Virus record (IMG/VR): IMGVR_UViG_638276483_000001
Location: 1 to 64,000 of that record
Source: a virus
Taxonomy: Duplodnaviria; Caudoviricetes
Strand: one strand, 5' to 3'
DNA length: 64,000 nt
A program made the position numbers and the translations under genes. Numbering within the stretch: the stretch's first letter is position 1; each line of letters opens with the position of its first letter. Below the pieces are notes generated by a model. That model saw nothing but the letters and a program-made list of their open reading frames with translations. It had not been told where the DNA came from and made no database searches. Positions 47,442-57,442 of this stretch are shown one piece after another.

Positions 47442-47628
47442 TGTTCCTCCGTAGGTGCTCATCGTCAGGACTGTCGTGCCACCTATCGATCAGATCGTCG
47501 AGGTACCGATTCCAGGCCGAGGTGGTGACGGGCACGCCCTTACATGAGTGGATCACTTCGAACACCCATTTGCCGCAGCGCTGACATTCTTTCCGGCCGT
47601 CGCCGGGGTCCGTAGTCGGATGACTCAC
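47434..47628 (-). CDS. hypothetical protein
   Basis: Overlapping start/stop chain. Confidence 0.55.
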   Translation of the reverse strand: MSHPTTDPGDGRKECQRCGKWVFEVIHSCKGVPVTTSAWNRYLDDLIDRWHDSPDDEHLRRNND

Positions 47629-47825
47629 TCCAGCGGCCTCACTTTCGTGCTCTTCACCGCCACCGTCTGATACGGGGATAGGCGGGAGGTAATGGACCCG
47701 TAATCCGCCTCCGGGTCCACTTTGATCGTGCAGAACACCCAGCCGCGCTCAACTTTCTCGACGTGGCCCCGGTGTTCTAGGCCTTCGAATTCGACGATGA
47801 CGTCATCGCCAGGCTTGGGTTTCAC
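47625..47825 (-). CDS. hypothetical protein (SH3-like)
   Basis: PGDDVIVEFEG; overlap chain. Confidence 0.6.
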   Translation of the reverse strand: MKPKPGDDVIVEFEGLEHRGHVEKVERGWVFCTIKVDPEADYGSITSRLSPYQTVAVKSTKVRPLE

Positions 47826-47988
47826 GCCTTCTCCAAAAGTCGGGTGAGCTCGGCGCGCACCGATCGGTAAACATCGTCCAGCGCGTTGATCGCGTCGGCG
47901 ACTGTTGTGTAGGTGGGCGGGGCCGGAAGTCGGTAGGTCATCTCAATCTGACCTCCGCCAACGACGGACCTGCTCCGGGTTTGTCCGC

Positions 47989-48462
47989 TCACAGTTCTTG
48001 CTCCCGCCAGTTAGGGTTGGCCGCCTCTACCGCGGCCGAGAAGTCTGCCAATTCGTCTCGCATCCAATCCGCGATCTCGCCATTGCGGCTGTAGTGCTTG
48101 AAGTGCTTGCCCGGGCGGGTGGCGGCCATCCAGCACGTGTGATCAGAGAACAAGTCCAGGTGGACCGAGCGGTCGCCGCCGCGCCAATAGAACGTCAGGT
48201 CCCCGTTGTCCGGCGCAATCGAGGCGTACACGGTGTCCGGGGTGAAGAGCTGCTCCACCACCCTGTAGCCCCACTGGGCCATATGTAGGCCGATGTGCCC
48301 GCCGCTCCAGAGGTTGGCGATGTCCAGTTTGGCCCGCTCGGTGGCGGAGCGTGTATCAAGCTTCACTCTGGCCGGGCCCATGGGATTCAGGTTCCCCGGG
48401 CCTGGCCGTTTGGTCACGGTCGCCTTCAGCGCCGGGTCCGCAAGAGTCCATCGTTCGGTCAC
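47989..48462 (-). CDS. hypothetical protein
   Basis: Overlap chain. Confidence 0.55.
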   Translation of the reverse strand: MTERWTLADPALKATVTKRPGPGNLNPMGPARVKLDTRSATERAKLDIANLWSGGHIGLHMAQWGYRVVEQLFTPDTVYASIAPDNGDLTFYWRGGDRSVHLDLFSDHTCWMAATRPGKHFKHYSRNGEIADWMRDELADFSAAVEAANPNWREQEL

Positions 48463-48752
48463 GGGCGGAACACCTCGACGTTCCCCCACGGGCCCTTGTG
48501 GTCAGAGAGCTCGTCGGCATCCCCGTTCGAGTACAACGTGAGCCACGTCTCGTCATCGACCTTCACGTAGACCGCTGCCAGACTGGACAGGAGGAGCGTG
48601 GCACGCACCGTGCCGATCGGGTCTCGTGGCTCTGGCTTCTCGGTGATGTCGTACTTCTCCAGCAGCTTCTCGGCGATGGCGGCGGACGAGGCCCCCCGCA
48701 CCCTCTGCTCGTAGAGCAGGCTCACGAGCTCCCGCGTGTTGATGTTGGTCAT
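48459..48752 (-). CDS. hypothetical protein
   Basis: Overlap chain. Confidence 0.6.
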   Translation of the reverse strand: MTNINTRELVSLLYEQRVRGASSAAIAEKLLEKYDITEKPEPRDPIGTVRATLLLSSLAAVYVKVDDETWLTLYSNGDADELSDHKGPWGNVEVFRP

Positions 48753-48997
48753 ACCTTCTCCTTGCGATGCAGGCGGCTAGCAGCCGCGACGTTTAACATG
48801 GGCTCCACCGGAGCCCCGCGGCACAGGGACCGCGAACCCACCAGCTCCAGCCCGTTCTTCCGCCAGCGTTTGACGGTGTCCACGTCGACGCCGAGCATCT
48901 CCACGAGCTGGGCGGCCGACTCGCACCACTCGCATGGAACTTCTTCTTCCAGCATCTCCTCGGAGAGGATGTCGGAAGCGAACTGGGTATCGCTCAC
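48749..48997 (-). CDS. hypothetical protein with HTH-like segment
   Basis: LGVDVDTVKRWRKNGL. Confidence 0.55.
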   Translation of the reverse strand: MSDTQFASDILSEEMLEEEVPCEWCESAAQLVEMLGVDVDTVKRWRKNGLELVGSRSLCRGAPVEPMLNVAAASRLHRKEKV

Positions 48998-49218
48998 CGG
49001 GAGCCCTCCTTTGGCGGCTTGACCACTGCATAGCCCTCGGCGCCCAGATCCGCCAAAATCACGTCGGCCGCGGCGCGGCGCACCTCATCACTCCACCCGG
49101 CGAGAAGTCCAAGGCTGCGCAGTGTGCGGGCAATCCTTTCGGACGCCCCGACATCAATGAAGTCTGGGCGAGGATTGGACCGCAGGATATCCTCGATCCA
49201 TTCGTCTAACTCACTCAT
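48994..49218 (-). CDS. hypothetical protein
   Basis: Overlap chain. Confidence 0.55.
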   Translation of the reverse strand: MSELDEWIEDILRSNPRPDFIDVGASERIARTLRSLGLLAGWSDEVRRAAADVILADLGAEGYAVVKPPKEGSR

Positions 49219-49411
49219 CGCTCACCACGTATCCACGCTTGAAGAAGGCCGTCCGGACAATCTGCTGGGCGAGATGGATTTTGTGGACGGCCCGGGAATG
49301 GCCAACGGCGACATGGAACGCCCCATTCTCGTGGGCCGCGTCCGCCTTGTCCACCGCGTCATTCCAGAGTTTGTCGAGCTCGGTCATGATCTCTTTGAGG
49401 ATGTCGTTCAT
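49211..49411 (-). CDS. hypothetical protein
   Basis: Overlap chain. Confidence 0.55.
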   Translation of the reverse strand: MNDILKEIMTELDKLWNDAVDKADAAHENGAFHVAVGHSRAVHKIHLAQQIVRTAFFKRGYVVSDE

Positions 49412-49866
49412 CCGAACCCCACATGTTCGCCAGCGTCAATCGCCCTACCCAGTCCTTCTATGAAGGTGCGTAGTCGCCCCCTCAGATAGTCATCATCATT
49501 CGCCAGCCGCTCGTACTCCGGCTCCAACTCTTCGAGCCTGGCCTTCAACCGGGGGAGATAGCCGCGTCGCAGCTCCCCGTCGCAATCCGAATGGATTAGC
49601 AGGTAGAGAACGTCATCCTGCTTGGGGATTCCGTAGATGTCATCCGGCCGCCGCCAGACGGGGTCCTTCTTGCGCCATCGACCCTGGTAGTTGTCGAGCG
49701 TATAGAGATCCCAGTCAAAATCCAGAACCGGACTGCCATGGCTCCAGTGGTCAGGGTCGCTAGGGATGATGTAGGGGAGTCCGGCGGCGCGCCCAACAAC
49801 CTCACGGAACCGGGCAAACCCGCTATAGGCCCCGTGCCAACAGTCGTGCGTAGTGTCTAGTCCCAT
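49408..49866 (-). CDS. hypothetical protein
   Basis: MGLDTTHDCWHGAYS...HSDCDG; GGAGG RBS. Confidence 0.7.
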   Translation of the reverse strand: MGLDTTHDCWHGAYSGFARFREVVGRAAGLPYIIPSDPDHWSHGSPVLDFDWDLYTLDNYQGRWRKKDPVWRRPDDIYGIPKQDDVLYLLIHSDCDGELRRGYLPRLKARLEELEPEYERLANDDDYLRGRLRTFIEGLGRAIDAGEHVGFG

Positions 49867-50064
49867 CTTAATCCTCCCGGTACCAGGGCTTGATTTCGCC
49901 GACCCGCAGCCGTGGACCGTAGGGGTGGCTAAATCCCCACAGGCCTCCCGCTAGATTGGGGTTGCGCTGGTCGATCCGGCGCCACATCGACGCAGGCGCG
50001 AACGACAACCCGATGCTGGCCAGCTCCAGTGCGAGCAGTACCCAGAAGGCGATCCACAGGGCGC

Positions 50065-50271
50065 TCATTCTCGCCACCTCCATTTGCCGTCCTCGCCCAG
50101 TTCCTGTATCGCGGTGTTCCACCAGCGCTCGGGCACCGGCCAGTCGGCGGTGCACTCAGCGAGGCCGAGTTTCTCGACAATCTCCTTAGCTCCAGCGTCT
50201 GCGTCACTGCCAAAACACCCGCCAGGCGTTGAGCGCAGAATGTCGGCTATCATCTTCTCGATATCGTTCAT
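50065..50271 (-). CDS. hypothetical protein
   Basis: Overlap chain. Confidence 0.55.
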   Translation of the reverse strand: MNDIEKMIADILRSTPGGCFGSDADAGAKEIVEKLGLAECTADWPVPERWWNTAIQELGEDGKWRWRE

Positions 50272-50544
50272 TTCAGCTCCTTGATCGCGCCCCGCCACTC
50301 ACACGCGGTAAACCATTCCCGAAGACTGCCGACAAACTCTTCCGCCTCTTCTGGCCCGTCGAGATGAAACTCCGCGGCAACAGATACGGTGCGTCCACTG
50401 AGAAGCGACCTGCCCTCGGGCCCCAATTCCCGGAGATGACACCAGATGAGGTACCACTCGCGGAAATAGTTGAAGATGTTCATGAATTCTCTTTCCCGCA
50501 GGCATGGCCCCAGGCACGGTTGCACTCCTTGCAATGAACCTGAA

Positions 50545-50733
50545 TCACCGCACGTACTCCCTCAGATACGACAGCGCCAACCGGACGCCCTCAGCTTTGC
50601 CCCGCAGCCGGTCGAAATCCGTTCCGTGCGGGAACTTGACGCGCTTCTCGTCGGCCATGAAGTTGAGTTTCACGATCGCGTCCTCCATGCGGTTGATGAG
50701 GTCAGAGACTTGATCAGGGTTCAGGTCAGGCAC
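50545..50733 (-). CDS. hypothetical protein
   Basis: GGAGG RBS; RGKAEGVRLALSYL. Confidence 0.55.
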   Translation of the reverse strand: MPDLNPDQVSDLINRMEDAIVKLNFMADEKRVKFPHGTDFDRLRGKAEGVRLALSYLREYVR

Positions 50734-50941
50734 CAGGCACCTCCCGCCAATCCCGGTACACAAAAGTCCACAGTGACTCCCGGTACGGCGCCGGTCGGCC
50801 TGCGTAGGAGATGGCTTTCGCGAGCACGTGTTCCTCGCCGATCGCGGTGATTTCGATGATCGTTTCGCCGCGTCCTTCATCGCCGGCGAGCCTGGTGCCG
50901 ACCTTCCAGCCGTTCTTCCGTGCAGTGTCTGCGTCGCTCAT
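50726..50941 (-). CDS. hypothetical protein
   Basis: Overlap chain. Confidence 0.6.
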   Translation of the reverse strand: MSDADTARKNGWKVGTRLAGDEGRGETIIEITAIGEEHVLAKAISYAGRPAPYRESLWTFVYRDWREVPGA

Positions 50942-51219
50942 GTCTCGCTCCATCCCGACACCCAGCGGGCAGCTGTGCGGTCACCGATCCATCCAGGCGG
51001 GAGAATCCACCCCTCGCGGGCGGGAACGGTTTCACGGGTGAGTCCTCCGAGGGCTTTATCAACCTCAGAAGCCACATGCGCGGTGTGTACGCCGTCGCCT
51101 GCCGCCGACCACCCGCAGATGCAGTACTCGGCGCGCACCATGTCGAACCCCACGTCTGCGCCGTTGTACGCGTGCGCATCGATCACCTCGATCATGAGGT
51201 TTTGGGCTTCGCTGCTCAC
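50938..51219 (-). CDS. hypothetical protein (paralog of 51367..51648)
   Basis: AHVASEVDKALGGLTRET. Confidence 0.65.
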   Translation of the reverse strand: MSSEAQNLMIEVIDAHAYNGADVGFDMVRAEYCICGWSAAGDGVHTAHVASEVDKALGGLTRETVPAREGWILPPGWIGDRTAARWVSGWSET

Positions 51220-51366
51220 GCTTCCTCCCCAACCAATTTGCGCAGACGCTCAACCTCGGCTACCAATTCGGCGAGCAGCCGGTAGGACCGGCCCGGTGCG
51301 ACCGCGACCCGAGACCCCTTCGCCACTTCGTAGTCGACCAGCGCAGCCTTGGCGCGCTCAACAACA

Positions 51367-51648
51367 TCACTCATCAGGTATCTCCATCCAGTGGGTAACG
51401 AATCGGGTTGCAGGCTCTGGCACGCCCAGCTCGAAGATGCTCTCGATTACGCGGGTTTCCCGCCTGAGTCCTCCGAGGGCTCTGTCGATCTCGGCGGCGA
51501 CGTGGGCCTCGAAATCGTCGAGCGAACCGTCGCGGAAATCACATTCACCCACCCGCGTACCCTGGCAGCGGGAGTGTCCAGTTTCCAGGTTTAACGTCCG
51601 CCGGTGTCGGCGCTGAACCGCGATCATGATCTTCTGCGCGTCGCTCAT
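51367..51648 (-). CDS. hypothetical protein (paralog of 50938..51219)
   Basis: AHVAAEIDRALGGLRRET. Confidence 0.65.
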   Translation of the reverse strand: MSDAQKIMIAVQRRHRRTLNLETGHSRCQGTRVGECDFRDGSLDDFEAHVAAEIDRALGGLRRETRVIESIFELGVPEPATRFVTHWMEIPDE

Positions 51649-51860
51649 TGTTCCCCCTCGGCTACAACCGCAGCCTTCTCCGCATCCAGCACCGCCAACG
51701 TCGCAGGGCTCAACCGAATCCCGTCAGCGACCTTTTGCATGGCTTCAATCGCGGACTGCTTCATCTGCCGACCGCATTCGCAGGTCCATACGCCATCGAC
51801 GACCGACCAGGTGCGCGGCACTTCAAGGCAATCGCACGGAACGCCTTCGACCCAACTCAC
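51645..51860 (-). CDS. hypothetical protein
   Basis: Overlap chain. Confidence 0.55.
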   Translation of the reverse strand: MSWVEGVPCDCLEVPRTWSVVDGVWTCECGRQMKQSAIEAMQKVADGIRLSPATLAVLDAEKAAVVAEGEQ

Positions 51861-52243
51861 TTGTCTTCCCCCTCGGCTACAACCGCAGCAGCGGCGGCAG
51901 CGAGAAGGGCAGCGGCGATGAACCGAGCCTCAATTATGTTCACCGGCTCGAACGGCTCGCCGTTATATGCGATCTGAACCTCGTTCGGGTATCCCCACTG
52001 CGAGATGCCGAACAAGCTGCCCGGGCACCACCAGGCCAATCGGTCAGCTGGGGGGAACTCGTCGTCCTCGTAGCGGGTGGAGTTGGGTTCGGGTAGTTGG
52101 ACTACCGCCACACCAGGAAGAGACAGGAGGGCGTCAGCAAGGATCTCGCCCGGATCAACTCGGCAATCCGACGAGCTACCAACGATCCGGTAGTACGACC
52201 GGCTGAGGGCTTCTGTGAGTACTGCACGCAACTCGTCGCTCAT
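51857..52243 (-). CDS. hypothetical protein
   Basis: VAVVQLPEP family motif. Confidence 0.65.
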   Translation of the reverse strand: MSDELRAVLTEALSRSYYRIVGSSSDCRVDPGEILADALLSLPGVAVVQLPEPNSTRYEDDEFPPADRLAWWCPGSLFGISQWGYPNEVQIAYNGEPFEPVNIIEARFIAAALLAAAAAAVVAEGEDK

Positions 52244-52467
52244 CGACCGCTCCGATGAATCTGCGCCGCCCGCGCCTTGGCCTTGTTCAACGTTGTCCAG
52301 TCCCCGCACCACCGCTTCTCCGCGTGCCCGTCGTACAACTCCCAGCGGTTTGATGCCGCGTTCTTCGGGTGCAGTATTTTCCACCGGCCGTCATCGCTTT
52401 CGTAATTGAGATACGGCAGTCTTGAGGGTTCGCGTCGCCAGATGATTGGCATTTTCGGATCGCTCAT
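52240..52467 (-). CDS. hypothetical protein
   Basis: Overlap chain. Confidence 0.6.
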   Translation of the reverse strand: MSDPKMPIIWRREPSRLPYLNYESDDGRWKILHPKNAASNRWELYDGHAEKRWCGDWTTLNKAKARAAQIHRSGR

Positions 52468-52706
52468 TGTTCCCCCTCGGCAGCATCAGCGGCAGCGAGC
52501 AGATCAGCAGCGTGAATGCGCGCCTCGGCCACGTTGACGTGGTTCAACTCCCAGTACTCGGACGGCTGTTCGGGCAGTTCTACTAGGGCGATACGGTTAG
52601 CCCTCAGGGCGGCGATGATGCGCATTGCCACATGCTCATGCGGGGAGTCCGGCCCCCAGCATTCGCGGATCGGCGCGGCGATGGTGTCGAGAATGTGATC
52701 GTTCAT
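52464..52706 (-). CDS. hypothetical protein
   Basis: IALVELPE family motif. Confidence 0.6.
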   Translation of the reverse strand: MNDHILDTIAAPIRECWGPDSPHEHVAMRIIAALRANRIALVELPEQPSEYWELNHVNVAEARIHAADLLAAADAAEGEQ

Positions 52707-53053
52707 TCTTGAATCTCCGCATCCGATGGGGCGAGCGCGGCCAGCAAGCATTGGGCCAGTCGCCGGGCCTGAACGGGGCCGAGGTTCATCTCCATCCACC
52801 CCCACGAGACATTGCATCCCGTGAAAGGCTTTCCGGTCTTCTCTTCAAGCAGGCGCACGCGGTTGACCCGGAAGTCGTCATCGTCGCGATCGACATACCA
52901 TCCGCCGAATTCCCGCTCGGGCAATTCCACTACCGCGATGCGCTCCGCCTCGAATGTCGCGAGGATATTGCGAGCCTCGTCATGGTCGAGCGCGGCAACT
53001 TCTTCGTCATCCGCCAAGGCTTTGGCAATGGTGTCGAGAATTCGGTCGCTCAT
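52703..53053 (-). CDS. hypothetical protein
   Basis: IAVVELPE family motif. Confidence 0.6.
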   Translation of the reverse strand: MSDRILDTIAKALADDEEVAALDHDEARNILATFEAERIAVVELPEREFGGWYVDRDDDDFRVNRVRLLEEKTGKPFTGCNVSWGWMEMNLGPVQARRLAQCLLAALAPSDAEIQE

Positions 53054-53250
53054 CACGCCTCCTGGAATTGCTTCTTGAGCCACTCGCGGGCTTCTTCGCG
53101 CTGGACCATCACTCGCCGGCCGATGCGGGCGTACCGCGGTCCGTAGCCCACCTGGCGCCAATACCGCGCCGTGGCGAGCGACACCTGCGCCTCACGGGCG
53201 AAGTCTTCGAGCGTCATGAGGAACGGCTCGTTTGAAGTGTGCTGCTGCAT
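53053..53250 (-). CDS. xis: excisionase / recombination directionality factor
   Basis: SLATARYWRQVGYGP..RIGRRV winged HTH, divergent from integrase. Confidence 0.8.
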   Translation of the reverse strand: MQQHTSNEPFLMTLEDFAREAQVSLATARYWRQVGYGPRYARIGRRVMVQREEAREWLKKQFQEA

Positions 53251-53343
53251 GAACCTAACTGTACTTCACTACGGGGCGTTATGGAATGCAGTGCAGTGTT
53301 GAGATTCCTCAACAAAAACGGTTTCCCTGCATACGCTGTCCGT

Positions 53344-54570
53344 ATGCAGAACAGGACCCCGGGGCGGCACGGCGTCGCCGACATGTGGTACCGAGACGAC
53401 GGAACCCCCACCAACCTCGCAACCCCCGGGTCCAGCCCCAAAAGCCCCTCGGGTAGCGGCGCCCGCTGGAGAGCCTGGTACATCGACACCGCGGGCAGGC
53501 AGCGCACCAAGAAGTTCCCCAACAAGAAGGCGGCCGAGCGGTGGGCCGACAAGCAGGCCGGCGACGTCAATGCCGGAGCCTGGGCGGACCCGCAGGCCCA
53601 GAAGGAAACGTTCTCCGTCGTCGCGGAGAAGTGGTACGCCACCAAGTCCAACCGGGAAGCCACCACCAAGCACGGCTACCGCAACATCCTCGACACGATC
53701 GTCCTACCCAAATGGGGCGACACCCCAATCCGCAACATCGACCACGAGAGCCTTCAAGACTGGGTGAACGAGCTGTCAACGACGGGGGAGTACCGCACCA
53801 AGGGGGAGGGCGGCTTCTCGGCCTCTAGGACCATCCAGATCCACCTAGTGGTCAACGGGGTGATGAAGTACGCCCTGCGCACCGACCGCATCCTCAAGAA
53901 CCCCGCAGAGGGCCTGGAGCTGCCCACCAAACGGAAAAACACCCGGCAGCGCTACCTCACCCACAAACAGCTCCAAGAGTTTGCCGCGGAGATGGGCCGC
54001 TTTGAGGGCCTGACGCTCCTCCTGGGCTACTGCGGGGCCCGGACGAGCGAAGCCTTCGGGGCGCGGGGTAGAGACTTCCGTGGGCGCATCTGGGAGCTTT
54101 ACGGGGCCATCGTGAGGAACGTCGAGAAGGACACCAAGACCCACCGGGCCCGATTCATCCCCATCCCCGACGTTGTGTGGAACAAGATCCAGATGCCGGC
54201 CAATCCGGACGCCCTGGTGTTCCCCGGCCGCCGCGGGCACATCACCAACGGCGAGTACCGCTGGGCCTTCGACGGGGCTCTCAGGACGATGCAGGAGCGC
54301 ACAGAGAAGCTACGGGCCGAGGAGATCGCCGAGACCGGCCGGGCCACCACTCCAGCCTTCCCCCGGATCACCCCGCACGACCTCCGGCACACCTGCGCCT
54401 CGCTGGCCATCTCCTCCGGCGCCAACGTCAAGGCGGTCCAGAACCTTCTGGGACACGCCACCGCGGTGATGACTTTGGACCTCTACGGGCATTTGCTTTC
54501 GGACGATTTGGACCGGGTGATGACCGCTCTCAACGAAGCGGCGGCCGCCGCGTCACCTCGCAGTTTGTGA
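53344..54570 (+). CDS. int: tyrosine integrase
   Basis: GARTSE, HDLRHT, LGH, TLDLYGH catalytic motifs. Confidence 0.95.
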   Translation: MQNRTPGRHGVADMWYRDDGTPTNLATPGSSPKSPSGSGARWRAWYIDTAGRQRTKKFPNKKAAERWADKQAGDVNAGAWADPQAQKETFSVVAEKWYATKSNREATTKHGYRNILDTIVLPKWGDTPIRNIDHESLQDWVNELSTTGEYRTKGEGGFSASRTIQIHLVVNGVMKYALRTDRILKNPAEGLELPTKRKNTRQRYLTHKQLQEFAAEMGRFEGLTLLLGYCGARTSEAFGARGRDFRGRIWELYGAIVRNVEKDTKTHRARFIPIPDVVWNKIQMPANPDALVFPGRRGHITNGEYRWAFDGALRTMQERTEKLRAEEIAETGRATTPAFPRITPHDLRHTCASLAISSGANVKAVQNLLGHATAVMTLDLYGHLLSDDLDRVMTALNEAAAAASPRSL

Positions 54571-54666
54571 TGACTGAAGATGGCTCATACGTACCGTTCA
54601 AGCATACTATCTGCATACGGCTGAGATTTGCATACCGTCTCGATCTTGAAAAAGTGCCTCTGACCA

Positions 54667-54709
54667 GTGCCCTCGGTGAGATTCGAACTCACACTGTACG
54701 GGTTTTGAA
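54667..54709 (-). other. attP common core (3' half of a tRNA-Leu(CAA)-like gene)
   Basis: Minus strand TTCAAAACCCGTACAGTGTGAGTTCGAATCTCACCGAGGGCAC; TGCATAC arm-type repeats at ~54612, 54629, 54818, 54829. Confidence 0.85.
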
Positions 54710-55022
54710 TTTTTTGATCTGGCGTTTTCTACCTGTGGGATTGCAGATCCGCAACACTATTTCCGCAGGCTGGCATGCGTACGAGCGGTGATTGTTGGCG
54801 GCAGCGTGGTCCCATGGTGCATACGATTTGCATACGGTTGACCCGATCCGGGGAGTGGCCGAGCGGGTCTGAGGTCGGCACTCGGGGTGCTGCAGCAAAC
54901 ACTTTGCTGGCCCGCCCCTGCCCTAATAGTTAGCTTGGCTAGGCGGGGCGGAACACTGCTCTCACCCGACCACTTGCGGGCCAGAGGTTGCAAACCCTCA
55001 AACATCTCCCACTGGGGCTACG

Positions 55023-55499
55023 TCAACCCCAGGGATCTTGCTTCACTGGAACAAGCTCTGACGGTCTCTCTAAACCGTCAGCTTCTCTTTGATACTTCAT
55101 AGGCATAGTCGATTTGACGGCATATGAGGGTCTCTTGTATGGAGTCGATCCGACGGCACGTGCCGCGGGTGCGCAGACCCTCCTGGCCCGGTGCATGACG
55201 TACTCGTGTTTGTAGATCCGGTCGCCATGCTTGTACTCGTTGTGGCGGAGCCAGCCGGATTGGATGAGCAGTTTCATGGCGTTCCCGACGCGCTTGCTAT
55301 TCGTCGGCCAGCCGAGCCCGGCGGCGATGCTCCGCTGACTTACATCCCAGCCGTCTTCCAGCGAGAGTAGGTATGCCCCGACCATGCGAGCGTCGGATGT
55401 GAGTTTGCCATCCCGGATGAGCGCCGTCGGGATGACGACGTACCCAGAGTTGGGCATGTCACCCAGTAACTTGAGCGTGGTTCGTTGCATGTAACCCAT
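55023..55499 (-). CDS. HTH protein resembling a replication-initiator N-terminus
   Basis: VIPTALIRDGKLTSDAR...YLLS...W...RVGNAMKLLIQSGWL. Confidence 0.7.
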   Translation of the reverse strand: MGYMQRTTLKLLGDMPNSGYVVIPTALIRDGKLTSDARMVGAYLLSLEDGWDVSQRSIAAGLGWPTNSKRVGNAMKLLIQSGWLRHNEYKHGDRIYKHEYVMHRARRVCAPAARAVGSTPYKRPSYAVKSTMPMKYQREADGLERPSELVPVKQDPWG

Positions 55500-55559
55500 G
55501 GAGCCTCCAATTGCGATGGAACAGTAGCTTCAGCGTACTGTGGTACGATTAGGGTTGCA

Positions 55560-56060
55560 ATGCGATCTTGTAGCCGGAAGTGGTGTCAGCGCCCTCAGTG
55601 GCGCGCCTCGGTATGCAAGCGGCACTGGTTTGAGTACGCCGCCAGCCGCTGCGTGGGCGGCACCAAGGCGGATTTGAAACTCATCCTTCTAGAGGAGCAG
55701 GAGCACCGATGCGCCAACCCCGGGTGTCGAGCGCCGCTAGCCGCCGGTCGCGGCGCCCACCTCGATCACGACCACGACTGCTGCGGATCGGGCAAGGCGT
55801 GTGTCGCATGCACTCGAGGGATTTTATGCCCGGCCTGCAACCTCATGCTCGGCAGCGCCAAGGATGACATCGAGCGGCTTCGCGGCGCTATCGAGTACCT
55901 AGAAACCTTCAGGCTGTACGGAAAGCCGATCGCCATCGTGAACCGCGGCAAGCGCGGCAACAGGAGATTCCGCACGCCCCGCGAGCGCCAGGCAATCAAG
56001 GACGCGCTCAGGCCCGAGGGGCAGCTGCCAAGCGAGTGGGAATACCGGCCAGCGCCATAA
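55560..56060 (+). CDS. endonuclease VII-like protein
   Basis: HLDHDH...RGILCPACNLMLG...AIEYL. Confidence 0.85.
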   Translation: MRSCSRKWCQRPQWRASVCKRHWFEYAASRCVGGTKADLKLILLEEQEHRCANPGCRAPLAAGRGAHLDHDHDCCGSGKACVACTRGILCPACNLMLGSAKDDIERLRGAIEYLETFRLYGKPIAIVNRGKRGNRRFRTPRERQAIKDALRPEGQLPSEWEYRPAP

Positions 56061-56131
56061 ACCGTAGTGTGATCTAGCTAGCATCACACTGTGGTACGAT
56101 CATGGTTGAAACGTACTTTTAAGGAGTTGAA

Positions 56132-56317
56132 ATGAAGATCATCATCGAGATCGACTACGACCCAGACTTGGCCCGCTATCCGGCCGAGGTGACCACCAAG
56201 TTGGAGGCCCTTCTGTTTGAGGTGGCCGCGCTGGAAGCCGGCGACTCGGATATCGGGATGTTTCTCGACAACATGGGTGATATCTACGTGGTGGACGATG
56301 ATGGGAACCGGGTCTAG
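56132..56317 (+). CDS. hypothetical protein
   Basis: AAGGAG RBS. Confidence 0.65.
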   Translation: MKIIIEIDYDPDLARYPAEVTTKLEALLFEVAALEAGDSDIGMFLDNMGDIYVVDDDGNRV

Positions 56318-56724
56318 TGAGGTATACCGACTACGCCATCGACAACGCGATCCAGGTTCTTCAAGGATTGGGGCTCGACGTTCCCGATGAGCTTCTAGAG
56401 CTTCGCCGGCGCGCCCTGACCCTGCAGCGCTGGCTTGAGGCCGAGGCGGACTACAAGCGTAGGGTCAAGGCGTGGCTGGACGCCGAAGAACTCTGGAACA
56501 ACCAGCAGTGGGCCCTCGATAACGTCATGGCCTACCGCGCCGCCAAAGAGGGATGGCTTCGAATGAAGGAAGTCAGCCCGGCGTTTGACGGGCAGGATGA
56601 GTTCGAGAAGCTCGGCATCCGTCTTCAGAATCGGTATGCGCGATTCGCGGTCGGCGCCCTCGAGTCGATCGGCATCTTTGACGAGGATGCCTGGACTTAT
56701 ATCGACGCAGCGGAGTGTCAGTGA
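56317..56724 (+). CDS. hypothetical protein
   Basis: Overlap chain. Confidence 0.6.
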   Translation: MRYTDYAIDNAIQVLQGLGLDVPDELLELRRRALTLQRWLEAEADYKRRVKAWLDAEELWNNQQWALDNVMAYRAAKEGWLRMKEVSPAFDGQDEFEKLGIRLQNRYARFAVGALESIGIFDEDAWTYIDAAECQ

Positions 56725-56887
56725 TCTATATCCTCGTCCGATCGTTGGCCCCGCTACTCATGCTGCCGTATGGGCAAGTTGTCATTCGGCCGCTGATCGA
56801 CGCCGGGCTTAGTCCGTGGGTGATAGGGACCGCGATGGCCGCCCCCATCGTGGGATTTTTGTTCGGGTGCTTTCGAGAAGGTCGCTC

Positions 56888-57073
56888 ATGAGCTGGCTTA
56901 ACGAACCCTGCCCGCCCCCGGTGAACACAATCCACAACACCGTCAACCGGGTGGAGCTGATCGACCACCGCGAATCCTCCGATAATCGGGGATTGGTTTT
57001 TAGCGCCTGGGATGCGAAGTCTGTCCTGGTGTCTATTCAGGATGACCGGACATTGAAGGTGTTTCTCAGTTGA
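56888..57073 (+). CDS. hypothetical protein
   Basis: RVELIDH...SIQDDRTLKVFL. Confidence 0.6.
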   Translation: MSWLNEPCPPPVNTIHNTVNRVELIDHRESSDNRGLVFSAWDAKSVLVSIQDDRTLKVFLS

Positions 57074-57279
57074 CTAGATATTTCTATGTTCCAGGCATGA
57101 TGTACCCGTACTGGATCGTGTCCGAGGATAAGGACTGGCCCCGCCCGGGTGATGCGACGACGGTGGCGATGAATTCGGCCGCGAGCACCGACATGGGCAA
57201 CCTGTACGGGGATGAGTTCTCCCAGCTCTTTCCGCACGCCGTGGAGATCACGAAGGAACAGTACGAGGCGCGCGCATGA
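57070..57279 (+). CDS. hypothetical protein
   Basis: Overlap chain. Confidence 0.55.
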   Translation: MTRYFYVPGMMYPYWIVSEDKDWPRPGDATTVAMNSAASTDMGNLYGDEFSQLFPHAVEITKEQYEARA

Positions 57280-57442
57280 GCCCCCTGCAATTCAGCCTCT
57301 TAATGAAGGAGATCACCGAGCGGGCCGACCGGATTCATCGCGCTGGCCGTGAGCAGAATTCTCCCGAGAAGATCGCTCGGGCGCGCGGACTCTACACTGC
57401 CGTGAAGATGATGCGGAATGCGTGGGCGATGGGGGCGGTTGA

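Noticed and set aside
54667-54709. Functional tRNA gene
   Set aside because: Only the 3' half is present, next to the integrase and flanked by arm-type repeats, so it is the attP core.
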